Of a DNA stretch of 32,378 nt, positions 16,769 through 26,507 are shown in pieces. A program made the translations under genes and the position numbers. The first letter of the stretch is position 1; every line of letters starts with the position of its first letter. The notes under the pieces are model-generated. The model had not been told where the DNA came from, ran no database searches, and saw only the letters and a list, made by a program, of their open reading frames with translations. The stretch is from Candidatus Gastranaerophilales bacterium. Lineage in GTDB: Bacteria > Cyanobacteriota > Vampirovibrionia > Gastranaerophilales > Gastranaerophilaceae. Location: NCBI GenBank assembly GCA_947632315.1, contig CANROV010000001.1:1-32378 (forward strand), in the 5' to 3' direction.

Positions 16769-17134
16769 ATGACTATGAAAAATAATATTATTACGGGAAA
16801 ATCAGGTGAGGTATTAGCAAAAAACTATCTTGTTAATATCGGTTATAAAATTATTGAAACAAATTGGCATTACTCTAAAAATGCCGAAATAGATATTATA
16901 GCATCTGATAACGGAACATTGGTTTTTGTTGAGGTAAAAACAAGAACTAACTTAAATTACGGTCATCCTTTTGAGGCTATTACTCAAACAAAAATTCAAA
17001 AAATACATAAAGCAATTTTAGGTTATTTGAATAATTGTGATAAAAAATATAACGGCTTCCGTTTTGACGGAATTGCCGTTATAGGTTTAAATAATCCAAA
17101 AATTGAACATTTGAAAAATTTGGGACAGTATTGA
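16769..17134 (+). CDS. yraN: YraN family (UPF0102) endonuclease-like protein
   Basis: 121-aa ORF. GKSGEVLAKNYL...GYKIIETNW...EIDIIA...LVFVEVKTR matches the UPF0102 pattern. Confidence 0.85.
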   Translation: MTMKNNIITGKSGEVLAKNYLVNIGYKIIETNWHYSKNAEIDIIASDNGTLVFVEVKTRTNLNYGHPFEAITQTKIQKIHKAILGYLNNCDKKYNGFRFDGIAVIGLNNPKIEHLKNLGQY

Positions 17135-17137
17135 CAA

Positions 17138-17929
17138 TTAATACCAATCCATAATATTATCACATTCAACAGCTTTTTCCAGTTCGGGGATACTGCTTTC
17201 CTGTGTCATTTCAAATGTTATAGGCGTTATTGAAACTTTGTTCCATCTGAGAGCATTAATATCGGAATCATCATTTTCGCAGTGCTTAATTAATTCACCA
17301 GCCATCCAATAATATACTTTTCCTCTCGGGTCAATACGTTTATCATATTCATCGGTAAACATTTTTCCTCCGAGTCTTGTAATGGCAACGCCGGCTAAAT
17401 CTTCAGGCATTAAACCCGGTACGTTTATATTTAATATAGTTTTTGACGGGAAGCTAAAATCTTTAATTTTATGTACAAATTTTGTTGTGAATTCTGCCAC
17501 ATTTTTAAATAATTCAGGCTCTGATGACATACTTGCCAGTGATACCGCAATACTCGGATATCCCATCATAGCTCCTTCCATCGCACAGCTTACCGTTCCT
17601 GAATATAAAATATCACTGCCCAAATTAGGGCCGTGGTTTATACCTGATATTATTAAATCAGGTTTCTCATCATCATTTAATATTGCATTTATTCCTATTT
17701 TAACGCAGTCACCCGGAGTTCCTGAAGTTATCCAAATCCTTTTTGCTCCGAATTTAGAATCCAGTTCTTCAACTCTTATCGGCGTATGAAGAGTTAATGA
17801 GTGACCTGCAGCACTTCTTTCCCTGTCAGGAGCAACTACATATACATCATGTTCTTTGCTTAAAGCAACGGTTAATGCTTTTATTCCTTCTGCCATTACA
17901 CCGTCATCGTTTGAAAGTAATATTTTCAT
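17138..17929 (-). CDS. surE: 5'/3'-nucleotidase SurE
   Basis: 263-aa ORF. MKILLSNDDG, GINHGPNLG and YSGTV motifs. AAGGGG Shine-Dalgarno. Confidence 0.92.
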   Translation of the reverse strand: MKILLSNDDGVMAEGIKALTVALSKEHDVYVVAPDRERSAAGHSLTLHTPIRVEELDSKFGAKRIWITSGTPGDCVKIGINAILNDDEKPDLIISGINHGPNLGSDILYSGTVSCAMEGAMMGYPSIAVSLASMSSEPELFKNVAEFTTKFVHKIKDFSFPSKTILNINVPGLMPEDLAGVAITRLGGKMFTDEYDKRIDPRGKVYYWMAGELIKHCENDDSDINALRWNKVSITPITFEMTQESSIPELEKAVECDNIMDWY

Positions 17930-17987
17930 ATAAACCCCTTTTATACTGTTTCTTTATAATATCATTTATTTTTTATAGTCACAATAA

Positions 17988-19073
17988 TTATATGCCACCA
18001 ACTATTATTTTTTTATCAATATTATTTGTTAGTTTTACTTCTTTTTCTTTAATCGGCATTACAAAATTTATATTTGAATTTTTTACTTTTTTATCTGACT
18101 GCATTGTTTTATAAAATTGTTCTTTGTCAAAATTCTCTTCATAGTCTGTTTTTAAGCGGTATTTGTTTATTAAGTTAATACAAGAATTATAATATTCAAT
18201 TGAAATAAATTTTTCTTTTAAAGCGAGGTCAAATATTAATCGCATACCTATTGAAACTGCTTCACCGTGTGTGTATTTCTCATAGTTTGTAAGCTTTTCA
18301 ATAGCATGGGCGTACGTATGTCCGAAGTTTAATATGGAGCGTAAACCTTTTTCTTTTTCATCTTTATTTACTACACTGCTTTTTAGCTCACAGCATATTG
18401 AAATTAATTCTTTTAATATAGCTGAATTTTTATTTAAGATTTCATTATGATTGGAATCTAAAAATTCAAAAAGTTTATAATCTTTATCCGCAAGGCAGGA
18501 TTTTTCAATAAATGCATATTTCAAAACTTCGGCAAGTCCTGTTTTAAATTGACGCTCATCAAGTGTGTTAAGTGTTGAAATATCTGCCAAAACTAACTTT
18601 GGCTGATAAAAACTTCCAATCATATTTTTGCCGTATTTATGATTAACAGCCACTTTTCCGCCTATTGATGAATCCACTTGAGCTAATAGTGTAGTAGGTA
18701 TTTGTATAAAATCAATTCCCCTTTGGTAGATTGAAGCGGCAAATCCTGCTGTATCTCCTGTTACTCCGCCTCCTAATGCTATAATTGCGTCTGTTCGTTC
18801 TAATTTTATTTCTATTGCTTTATCTATTATCAGATTAAGCGTATCCATATTTTTATATGCTTCGCCGTCAGGAAGTATTAGTATTTCTGTATTTTTATTC
18901 TTTAATTTTTCGCCATATAATGAATATACTTTGTCATTTGTAATAAGAAGAAATCTGTTTGCTTTTGTGTACTTGTTTATATATTCATAGGCATTATTAA
19001 GAATATTTTCTTCTATAAAAATGGGATATGATGTTTCTTGTGTTGCATTAATTTTAATTTGCAGTTCTTTCAT
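17988..19073 (-). CDS. aroB: 3-dehydroquinate synthase
   Basis: 361-aa ORF. GGGVTGDTAGFAASIYQRGIDFIQIPTTLLAQVDSSIGGK and LNFGHTYAHAIE motifs. Overlaps aroK by 20 nt. Confidence 0.92.
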   Translation of the reverse strand: MKELQIKINATQETSYPIFIEENILNNAYEYINKYTKANRFLLITNDKVYSLYGEKLKNKNTEILILPDGEAYKNMDTLNLIIDKAIEIKLERTDAIIALGGGVTGDTAGFAASIYQRGIDFIQIPTTLLAQVDSSIGGKVAVNHKYGKNMIGSFYQPKLVLADISTLNTLDERQFKTGLAEVLKYAFIEKSCLADKDYKLFEFLDSNHNEILNKNSAILKELISICCELKSSVVNKDEKEKGLRSILNFGHTYAHAIEKLTNYEKYTHGEAVSIGMRLIFDLALKEKFISIEYYNSCINLINKYRLKTDYEENFDKEQFYKTMQSDKKVKNSNINFVMPIKEKEVKLTNNIDKKIIVGGI

Positions 19074-19575
19074 AATTTTCCAATTCTTTCAAAATTTCTT
19101 CCGCAATATGATCAGGTTCTTTATTATCAGTAGATATTATTATATCAGCTTTCTTATACAATGGTTCTCTTTCTGATAATAGCGTTTTTATTTTTAACTC
19201 AATATTTCCGTTATTTAATAATGGTCTTTCTGTATTATTTTTTACTCTGTCGTATAATGTTTCCCAAACGGCTGAAAGGTAAATAACAATTGATTTTTTT
19301 TTGAGTAAATTAATATTCTCTTCTTTTAGAATTATTCCTCCGCCTGTCGAGATTATTTGATTATCATTATTTAAAACATTTTTTAATATGTCGGATTCAA
19401 TATTTCTGAAAGCTTCCTCGCCTTTTGTTTTAAAAATTTCATTAATGGTTATTTTTTCTTGTTTTATTATTTCATCATCGATATCAATAAAAGAAGTATT
19501 TTTTAATTTAGTTGAAAGGATTTTACCTATTGTGCTTTTTCCTGCGCCCATCATACCGATTAGAGAAATGTTCAT
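19054..19575 (-). CDS. aroK: Shikimate kinase
   Basis: 173-aa ORF. P-loop GMMGAGKSTIGK, DIDDEI and STGGG motifs. Lies within the aro gene string. Confidence 0.9.
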   Translation of the reverse strand: MNISLIGMMGAGKSTIGKILSTKLKNTSFIDIDDEIIKQEKITINEIFKTKGEEAFRNIESDILKNVLNNDNQIISTGGGIILKEENINLLKKKSIVIYLSAVWETLYDRVKNNTERPLLNNGNIELKIKTLLSEREPLYKKADIIISTDNKEPDHIAEEILKELENYERTAN

Positions 19576-19579
19576 TTAA

Positions 19580-20758
19580 TTACCTTCCTTTAATCATACT
19601 AAGATAGTTATTGTAATTATTCTTCATTTCATCAATACTATCGTGAGAAAATTTTTCCATTATAGCGTCAGCCAGAATAATTGCAGTCATAGCCTCTGCT
19701 GTTACGGCGCAAGCAGGAACCGCACATACATCAGAACGTTCAAAATGTGCTTGAACTTGTTCTCTTGAATCAATGCTTACCGAGTTTAAAGGCTTACGCA
19801 TGGTTGGTATGGCTTTCATTGATGCTGTAATTTCTATATTTTCTCCGTTGGAAATACCGCCTTCTATACCGCCTGCATTATTTGTTTTTCTAATATATTT
19901 GCCGTTTTGAAAATATATTTCATCATGAGTTAAAGAACCAAATGTTTCTGCCACTTCTTTCCCTAAACCAATTTCAACTGATTTTACGGCTTGAATACTC
20001 ATAATTGCTTGAGCAAGTTTTCCGTCAAGTCTTTTATCCCATTGAACGTGAGAACCTAACCCGATTGGAACATTTCTGTAAACAACTTTGAAGCTTCCTC
20101 CGAGCGTATCTCCTATCTCTTTTGCTTTATCTATCTCTTTTTTCATTAATTCCGTTGCTTCTTTATTTGTATTTCTTAAATCTGAAGCTTCTATTTCCTC
20201 TTTCAAATCAAAAAGATTTTCGGGCAGAGTTGATTTTATTTTTCCGATTTGTGTAACATAAGAAATACCTTCAATATTAAATTCTTTTAACAAACATTTT
20301 GCAATAGCACCGGCTGCAACTCTTGAAGCTGTTTCTCTGGCACTGGAGCGTTCAAGTATATTTCGTACGTCTTGTTGATTATATTTTAAAGCACCTGCTA
20401 AATCTGCGTGTCCGGGGCGTATGTTTTTTATTTCTTTTGATTTAATAATATCAAGATTTTCTTTTGTGTCCTCTACAGCCTGCACTGACATAGCAGTTTT
20501 CCAGTTTTCCCAGTCACGGTTTTCAATTTGTATACAAATTGGGCTTCCGATTGATAATCCGTGTCTGACTCCTGATAAAATTTGGGCGGTATCTGTTTCA
20601 ATTTTCATTCTTCCGCCTCTGCCGTATCCGATTTGCCTCCTTTTTAATTCGTTATTGATAAAATTAATATCAATTTTGACTCCCGCAGGAACTCCGTCAA
20701 TAATTACGTTTAAACATTTACCGTGAGATTCTCCTGATGTTAAAAATCTGAATATCAT
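19580..20758 (-). CDS. aroC: Chorismate synthase
   Basis: 392-aa ORF. TSGESHGK, RPGHADLAGALKY and SARETASRVAAGA motifs. Confidence 0.95.
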   Translation of the reverse strand: MIFRFLTSGESHGKCLNVIIDGVPAGVKIDINFINNELKRRQIGYGRGGRMKIETDTAQILSGVRHGLSIGSPICIQIENRDWENWKTAMSVQAVEDTKENLDIIKSKEIKNIRPGHADLAGALKYNQQDVRNILERSSARETASRVAAGAIAKCLLKEFNIEGISYVTQIGKIKSTLPENLFDLKEEIEASDLRNTNKEATELMKKEIDKAKEIGDTLGGSFKVVYRNVPIGLGSHVQWDKRLDGKLAQAIMSIQAVKSVEIGLGKEVAETFGSLTHDEIYFQNGKYIRKTNNAGGIEGGISNGENIEITASMKAIPTMRKPLNSVSIDSREQVQAHFERSDVCAVPACAVTAEAMTAIILADAIMEKFSHDSIDEMKNNYNNYLSMIKGR

Positions 20759-20796
20759 ATTCCACCTTATTACTACTTTTTTAAATTATATCAAAT

Positions 20797-21333
20797 TTAA
20801 TTAAAAATGCTAAATTCACATCCGCAGTAATTCTGCCTGTAAAAATTTTCTTCTTTTGCTATCTGCATTGTTTTCAAAAAACCGTTTTGTTTCTTAAAAT
20901 CAATATCAAGAAATTTTAGTTCGTATTTCTGGGCAAGTTCGTTTGCTATTTTAAATATGGCTTTTGAATCTTTATGCGGACTTACTGTTAGTGTTGTTGT
21001 AAAATAATTATATTCTAATTGAAATGCTTTTAAAACAGTGTATAATAACCTGTATTCAAAACATCTTAAACATCTTTTCCCTTTTTCAGGCTCATTTTCA
21101 AGCCCTGCTATTGCATAATACCAATTTTCAGGTTCTTGTTGGTCTATTATTAATTCAACATCTTTTTTTTGTGCATATTTTTTTAATTCTTCTAATCTTC
21201 TGTTGTATTCATCTGGTGGGTATATATTTGGATTAAAAAAATAAAGTATGGGATTATATCCCAATTCTCTTAGTTTCTCTATGGGATATGCACTGCAAAC
21301 GGCACAACAGGCATGAACAAGTACGTTTTCCAT
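20797..21333 (-). CDS. queH: Epoxyqueuosine reductase QueH (DUF208 family)
   Basis: 178-aa ORF. HACCAVCS, GKRCLRCFEYRL and YRQNYCGCEFS motifs. Its ATG overlaps the upstream stop (TAATG). Confidence 0.85.
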   Translation of the reverse strand: MENVLVHACCAVCSAYPIEKLRELGYNPILYFFNPNIYPPDEYNRRLEELKKYAQKKDVELIIDQQEPENWYYAIAGLENEPEKGKRCLRCFEYRLLYTVLKAFQLEYNYFTTTLTVSPHKDSKAIFKIANELAQKYELKFLDIDFKKQNGFLKTMQIAKEENFYRQNYCGCEFSIFN

Positions 21334-22526
21334 TACTTATTATCCTGTTTTTCTTTTCCGCCTTGTTCTGTTATTAATGCTTTAAAATCAGGATATGAGC
21401 CGATTCCCAAATGTTTTTTCATATTTATAAATAAAGTGGGTGTGCCGTTGACTTCTTTTGAATCAGCTTCAAGTATTGAATCTTCGAGTTCCTTCTTTAT
21501 TGCTTCACTGTTTGCATCATGTTTTAATTTCTTAACATCAAAATTAGCTAAACGGGCTTTTTCTATAATTGTTTTTTCGTCTTCAGGTGTTTCCGCAAAT
21601 AATATATCTGCCATTCTCCAGTATTTATTCTGTTTTTCCGCCGCAAGAGCATATCTCGATTTTAAACAAGAATTTTTATGTCCGTCTATTTTCATATTAT
21701 GATTGCAAGTTTTATCTAACGGAACATTATGTTGTATTACTTGTACATTTTCAAATTCTGAAATAATTCTATGCAGGTATAAATTTGCCATGAAGCATCC
21801 GCCGCAATTAAAATCTATATATTCATGAATTACTACATCCGCATTATCAGGGCCTAATTTATATCCGTTTGCATATTTTTCATAGCTTTTAAATGCGTTT
21901 AACATTTCATTCTGTTTTATAATTTGAGGTGTAAAGATATGTTTGCTATTTGTATAATAAAGTATTCCTGCAAATATCAAAACTATTATAAGAAATAAAA
22001 ATGCATTTAATTTATTTTTTATAGCATCTATAAAATCTTTTATGCTGTTTTTTAGCTCCCATAATATACCGTGTCCCCAGTCTTTTGCAACGAGTGCAAT
22101 AATTAAATCTATACAATATGTCATTAAACAAAATATACATACGGAATTTATTTTAAATATTGATATTCCCGCTAATGTCATTGAAATACAAAATGATAAA
22201 AGTGAAATACAAAAAATATAAGAGGCAGGATTTTTAAAAACTTTTAAAATACTAAAGAATTTAATCTTCTGCAGTTTATCGGAAAAAGTTAGGAATAAAA
22301 CAAATAAATATAATATTATACCCCAAGCTGCAAGCGGAACGCCTAAAAATTGTGAATATTGAGTTCTTGCGACACTATCGCAGTCAAACATATCATTAAT
22401 TGCACAAATGCTTGGTTTAGCACTTTCAAGGAAATTTGCACTGTAATAGACTAAACATAATTCAACGGATAACGCTAAACCAATAAGGCATAATAGTATA
22501 ATAGATATTCTTTTTGATTTATTCAT
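21333..22526 (-). CDS. Vitamin K epoxide reductase (VKOR) domain fused to a DsbA/thioredoxin-like domain
   Basis: 397-aa ORF. Five predicted N-terminal transmembrane segments, a loop Cys pair (CAINDMFDC), and an intramembrane CIFC. The C-terminal soluble domain has CGGC and a DsbA-like GTPTLFIN motif. Confidence 0.75.
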   Translation of the reverse strand: MNKSKRISIILLCLIGLALSVELCLVYYSANFLESAKPSICAINDMFDCDSVARTQYSQFLGVPLAAWGIILYLFVLFLTFSDKLQKIKFFSILKVFKNPASYIFCISLLSFCISMTLAGISIFKINSVCIFCLMTYCIDLIIALVAKDWGHGILWELKNSIKDFIDAIKNKLNAFLFLIIVLIFAGILYYTNSKHIFTPQIIKQNEMLNAFKSYEKYANGYKLGPDNADVVIHEYIDFNCGGCFMANLYLHRIISEFENVQVIQHNVPLDKTCNHNMKIDGHKNSCLKSRYALAAEKQNKYWRMADILFAETPEDEKTIIEKARLANFDVKKLKHDANSEAIKKELEDSILEADSKEVNGTPTLFINMKKHLGIGSYPDFKALITEQGGKEKQDNK

Positions 22527-22534
22527 GTTTACCT

Positions 22535-23380
22535 CTATTTAAATTGTTTAATAACATCATCAATAGTATAATTTTCACCTGCAATTTGTTTTGCTTTGCT
22601 TATAACATCTTGATATCTTTCTTCATAGGTGGGTCTAATTGATTCATAAAAAACACCGGTATATAAACCCTCAGGTGCAAAAGCATATTTCATAGCATTT
22701 GCTCTGTCGGATGTATCGTGATTTTCAGGAAGATTTCTTACCAGTTCTTTTATTTTTTCAAAAGATGATACTTTATTGTATTGTACACACGGGGAAATTA
22801 CGTGGATGAAAGAAAATCCTTTATGTACAAGTCCTCCGTATATTAATTCTTCAAGCTGTTGAATATCACCCGAATAGCTTCTTGCCACATACGAAGCGTT
22901 AAATGATAATGCCATAAGAACGGGATTTATTCTGTCAGCAGTCCACGCATACGGATTACATTTTGTAGTTGTTCCAATTCTTGATGTCGGTGAGCATTGA
23001 CCTTTTGTTAGTGCATATATTTCATTATCCATCATAATATAAGTGATATTTGGATTTTTACGTCCGGCGTGAATAAAATGGTTACCGCCGATACTAAGTC
23101 CGTCGCCGTCACCGCCAACCGCTATAACATTAATTTTAGGATTTGCTTGTTTTAAACCTATTGCAACAGGTAATGCACGACCGTGTATAGAGTGAAATCC
23201 GTATGTAGACATAAAAAACGGAAATCTGCTTGAACATCCGATACCTGATACAATTGCGGTTTCGTGTGTTTTATAACCGAGTCTTGCCATAGCTTTTCTT
23301 AATGCTGTGTTAACTGCGTGGTTTCCGCAACCCGGACACCATGAAGATTTTACTTTTCCTTTATAATCAGCTGCTTCCAT
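22535..23380 (-). CDS. korB: 2-oxoacid:ferredoxin oxidoreductase, beta (TPP-binding) subunit
   Basis: 281-aa ORF. WCPGCGNH and GGDGDGLSIGGNH motifs. Substrate (2-oxoglutarate or another 2-oxoacid) cannot be decided from sequence by eye. Confidence 0.88.
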   Translation of the reverse strand: MEAADYKGKVKSSWCPGCGNHAVNTALRKAMARLGYKTHETAIVSGIGCSSRFPFFMSTYGFHSIHGRALPVAIGLKQANPKINVIAVGGDGDGLSIGGNHFIHAGRKNPNITYIMMDNEIYALTKGQCSPTSRIGTTTKCNPYAWTADRINPVLMALSFNASYVARSYSGDIQQLEELIYGGLVHKGFSFIHVISPCVQYNKVSSFEKIKELVRNLPENHDTSDRANAMKYAFAPEGLYTGVFYESIRPTYEERYQDVISKAKQIAGENYTIDDVIKQFK

Positions 23381-23397
23381 TTCTTTATTACCTCTTA

Positions 23398-25188
23398 TTA
23401 AAAATGAGTATGTTTATTTGTTTTTATTGTATCTTTTTCATCTTGAATCTGAGAAACTTTTTCTATTTCATCCAAAATTTCTTCGGGAGTAAAAGGAGTT
23501 CCGTCATATTTTAAAAATTCGATAACTTCTGTTCCTCTGTTTATATGTGTACATCTTTCAACTATTGTTGACTTAAATTGTGCATTATAATTAGCTTCTA
23601 TAACAATGATAACATCTTTATTTTTAACAAAGTCCTTTATCCAATCTGTAGGTAAAGGATATAAAGTTCTCGGATAAAGTGCCTGAACTTTTATCCCCTT
23701 TCCATGAGCTTTATCTATTGCTTCAAAAACCGGGCCTGAAGTAGAACCCCAGCTTATAATACCAATTGAAGCATCTTCATCTCCGTAAGTTTTTGCTTTA
23801 GAAAATTGTCCTGCGGCGGTTTCTAATTTTCTGAATCTTTTTTCTGTCATTTTTCTGTGCGTTTCAGGCTCAGGCGTCGGAGCATTTGATTGTGTATGTT
23901 CAAGACCGGTTATAACATGTTCGCCATACATATCTCCGGGGCTTGTTATAGGTGAAATGCCAGTTTGTGTATCTTCATAACGATTATATATATCGCCTTC
24001 TTTTAGAGTCGGTTTTTGTCTGTTTACTATTTTTAATTTTTCAATATCGATTAAATCGACACATTCACGTCTTGGCCCTAATGAAGCGTCTGATAATATT
24101 ATTACCGGTACTTGATATTGTTCTGCAAAATTAAATGCGTTAATGGTTTGATAGAAACAATCAGCAACATCCATAGGTGCAAGAACAATTTTAGGACAAT
24201 CACCATGTGTTCCGTACATAGCGGCAAACAGGTCGCTTTGTTCTGTTTTGGTAGGAACTCCTGTTGATGGCCCGCATCTTTGTACATCAGCTATTACAAC
24301 GGGTAACTCAGCCATTGAAGCAAGTCCTATGGCTTCCTGCATAAGTGAAAATCCGGGGCCTGATGTTGCTGTCATTGACTTTACTCCTGCATAAGAAGCA
24401 CCAAGCGCATAATTAATAGCAGCAATTTCATCTTCACATTGAACCATTTTTCCGCCGAATTTAGGCAGTTCTTTTGCAAGCCATTCCATTATTTCCGTTG
24501 CGGGTGTTATTGGATAGCCGGCAAAAAATCTGCATCCTGAAACAAGTGCTGCGAGTCCTATTGCTTCATTACCCGACATTATTAATTTTGCACCTGTTTG
24601 CTTCATTTCTGTTTTGTCGTATGAATCTTTTCGTTCAAGTTGTTCTTTTGCATATTTTATGCCCGCATTTAGTGCATTTTTGTTTGAATCAATAACTTCT
24701 TGTGGTTTTAATCTGTATCTTAATTCTATATCTTTTAAAATTTGTTCTTCAATGTGGAGATTTTTAAGAACTTCAACTACAATTCCCAGTGAAACCATAT
24801 TCCTTGAACGTTCCGAGTTAAGCTCTTTTGCAATAGATGTTGTCGGAATAGGATAAATTATCAAATCTTTTCTGTCTGTTTCTATTTCTCCTGTATAATC
24901 TTTATCATAAATTAATATTCCGTTTGGTTTTATTTTATTTATACATTCAAAAATAGTATCTTTATCAAGACATATAAGAATATCAATATCCCCTGTTGCG
25001 GTAAGTGCTTTATGTTCGCTTATTCTAAGAGTATAATAACATTTACCGTCGCCTCTGATTTCCGAAGGAAATGCCCTGTAAGTTGTTACATAATAACCTT
25101 TTCTTGCTGTTGCATATGAAAGTATATCTCCCGAACTGATTATTCCTTGTCCGGATGTTCCCGTAATTTTTATTATTATATCCCTCAT
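23398..25188 (-). CDS. korA: 2-oxoacid:ferredoxin oxidoreductase, fused gamma-alpha subunit
   Basis: 596-aa ORF. The N-terminal gamma-type domain has GTSGQGIISSGDIL...FPSEIRG. The alpha domain has GNEAIGLAALVSGCRFFAGYPITPATEI and TATSGPGFSLMQE. Confidence 0.88.
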   Translation of the reverse strand: MRDIIIKITGTSGQGIISSGDILSYATARKGYYVTTYRAFPSEIRGDGKCYYTLRISEHKALTATGDIDILICLDKDTIFECINKIKPNGILIYDKDYTGEIETDRKDLIIYPIPTTSIAKELNSERSRNMVSLGIVVEVLKNLHIEEQILKDIELRYRLKPQEVIDSNKNALNAGIKYAKEQLERKDSYDKTEMKQTGAKLIMSGNEAIGLAALVSGCRFFAGYPITPATEIMEWLAKELPKFGGKMVQCEDEIAAINYALGASYAGVKSMTATSGPGFSLMQEAIGLASMAELPVVIADVQRCGPSTGVPTKTEQSDLFAAMYGTHGDCPKIVLAPMDVADCFYQTINAFNFAEQYQVPVIILSDASLGPRRECVDLIDIEKLKIVNRQKPTLKEGDIYNRYEDTQTGISPITSPGDMYGEHVITGLEHTQSNAPTPEPETHRKMTEKRFRKLETAAGQFSKAKTYGDEDASIGIISWGSTSGPVFEAIDKAHGKGIKVQALYPRTLYPLPTDWIKDFVKNKDVIIVIEANYNAQFKSTIVERCTHINRGTEVIEFLKYDGTPFTPEEILDEIEKVSQIQDEKDTIKTNKHTHF

Positions 25189-25249
25189 GAAATATTTCCT
25201 CCTATTTTAATTTTATTACTAAAATTTTTAATAGTGAAATTTTTTAAAT

Positions 25250-26428
25250 TTATTCCGATAAAGCTTCAGCAAGTCGTTTAATACCTGTTTTAATAGTATC
25301 TTCGTTTGCGTTAGTATAATTTAAACGAAGTGTATTAACTTTATCGGGATTTACATAGAACGGGTGACCCGGAACAAATGCAACTTTTTTAGCAATTGCT
25401 TTATCAAACAGTTTAATAACGTCCTTTCCTTCTTCGAGTGTTACCCAAGTGAACATACCGCCTTTAGGGTGTGTAAATTTGACAGTTTTCGGGAAATATT
25501 CTTCCATGGCATTTATCATCGCATTTGCTTGTGATTTATACAATTTTTTTATTTTTTCTATGTGTTTATCAAGGTCGTTATTATATAAATAATCGGAAAT
25601 AAGATATTGTCCGAATATATTTGAATGCAGGTCAGAGGCTTGCTTTGCCGTTTCAAGCATTTTAATAATTTCTTTGTTTGCAATTATATACCCCAAACGC
25701 ATTCCGGGAGTTACTATTTTAGAAAATGAGCCTAAATAAATGTTCTTTTCACTTCTGTTTAGTCCGATATAAGGTATTCTTTCGGTTTCTTCAAATCTTA
25801 ATTCTCCATAAGGGTCATCTTGGATAAGAATCATATTTTCGTCTTTTATAACATCGAATACTTTTTCACGATTTTCTTTAGTATATGTTAACCCCGTAGG
25901 ATTTTGAAAGTTGGGAATTAAGTAAGCGACTTTAGGTTTGAATGTTTTAACGGTATTTTTTAAGTCATCAATGTCAAGTCCGTCGTCATTTAATTTTGTT
26001 TGAACAAAGTTTGCTCTATACATGCAGAATGATTGTAAAAGTCCGAGATAAGAAGGCTTTTCTACCATAACATTATCGCCTTCATCAACAAAAACTTTGC
26101 CTATTAAATCAAGTGCCTGCTGTGAGCCTGTTGTTATGATTACATTATCAATTGTTATATTCATTCCCCAAATTTTTTTATATCTGTCAACTATATATTG
26201 ACGCAGGCTGTCCAGCCCCATTGTTGTTGAATATTGATATATTTTTGCTCCGAATTTATCGGCTATTCTGTTCATTGATACTTTTAATTCTTCTTGCGGG
26301 AATGAAATAGGATTTGGTAATCCGCCTGCAAATGATATTATTTCAGAATTTTGCGTTACTTTTAATATTTCTCTTATAAATGATGACGGTGTGTTTTTTA
26401 TTCTCTTTGAAAAATACGTTTCAAACAT
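25250..26428 (-). CDS. Class I/II PLP-dependent aminotransferase (LysN/Aro8-like)
   Basis: 392-aa ORF. ISFAGGLPNPISFP, NFQNPTG and LGSFSKIVTPGMRLGY (PLP lysine) motifs. Confidence 0.85.
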   Translation of the reverse strand: MFETYFSKRIKNTPSSFIREILKVTQNSEIISFAGGLPNPISFPQEELKVSMNRIADKFGAKIYQYSTTMGLDSLRQYIVDRYKKIWGMNITIDNVIITTGSQQALDLIGKVFVDEGDNVMVEKPSYLGLLQSFCMYRANFVQTKLNDDGLDIDDLKNTVKTFKPKVAYLIPNFQNPTGLTYTKENREKVFDVIKDENMILIQDDPYGELRFEETERIPYIGLNRSEKNIYLGSFSKIVTPGMRLGYIIANKEIIKMLETAKQASDLHSNIFGQYLISDYLYNNDLDKHIEKIKKLYKSQANAMINAMEEYFPKTVKFTHPKGGMFTWVTLEEGKDVIKLFDKAIAKKVAFVPGHPFYVNPDKVNTLRLNYTNANEDTIKTGIKRLAEALSE

Positions 26429-26507
26429 AATACTTCCCTTATCTTTTCCTTATTAAAATACTTTTTTAATATATCAAAAATAAGTTTAAATAGAAACATA
26501 AAAAATT

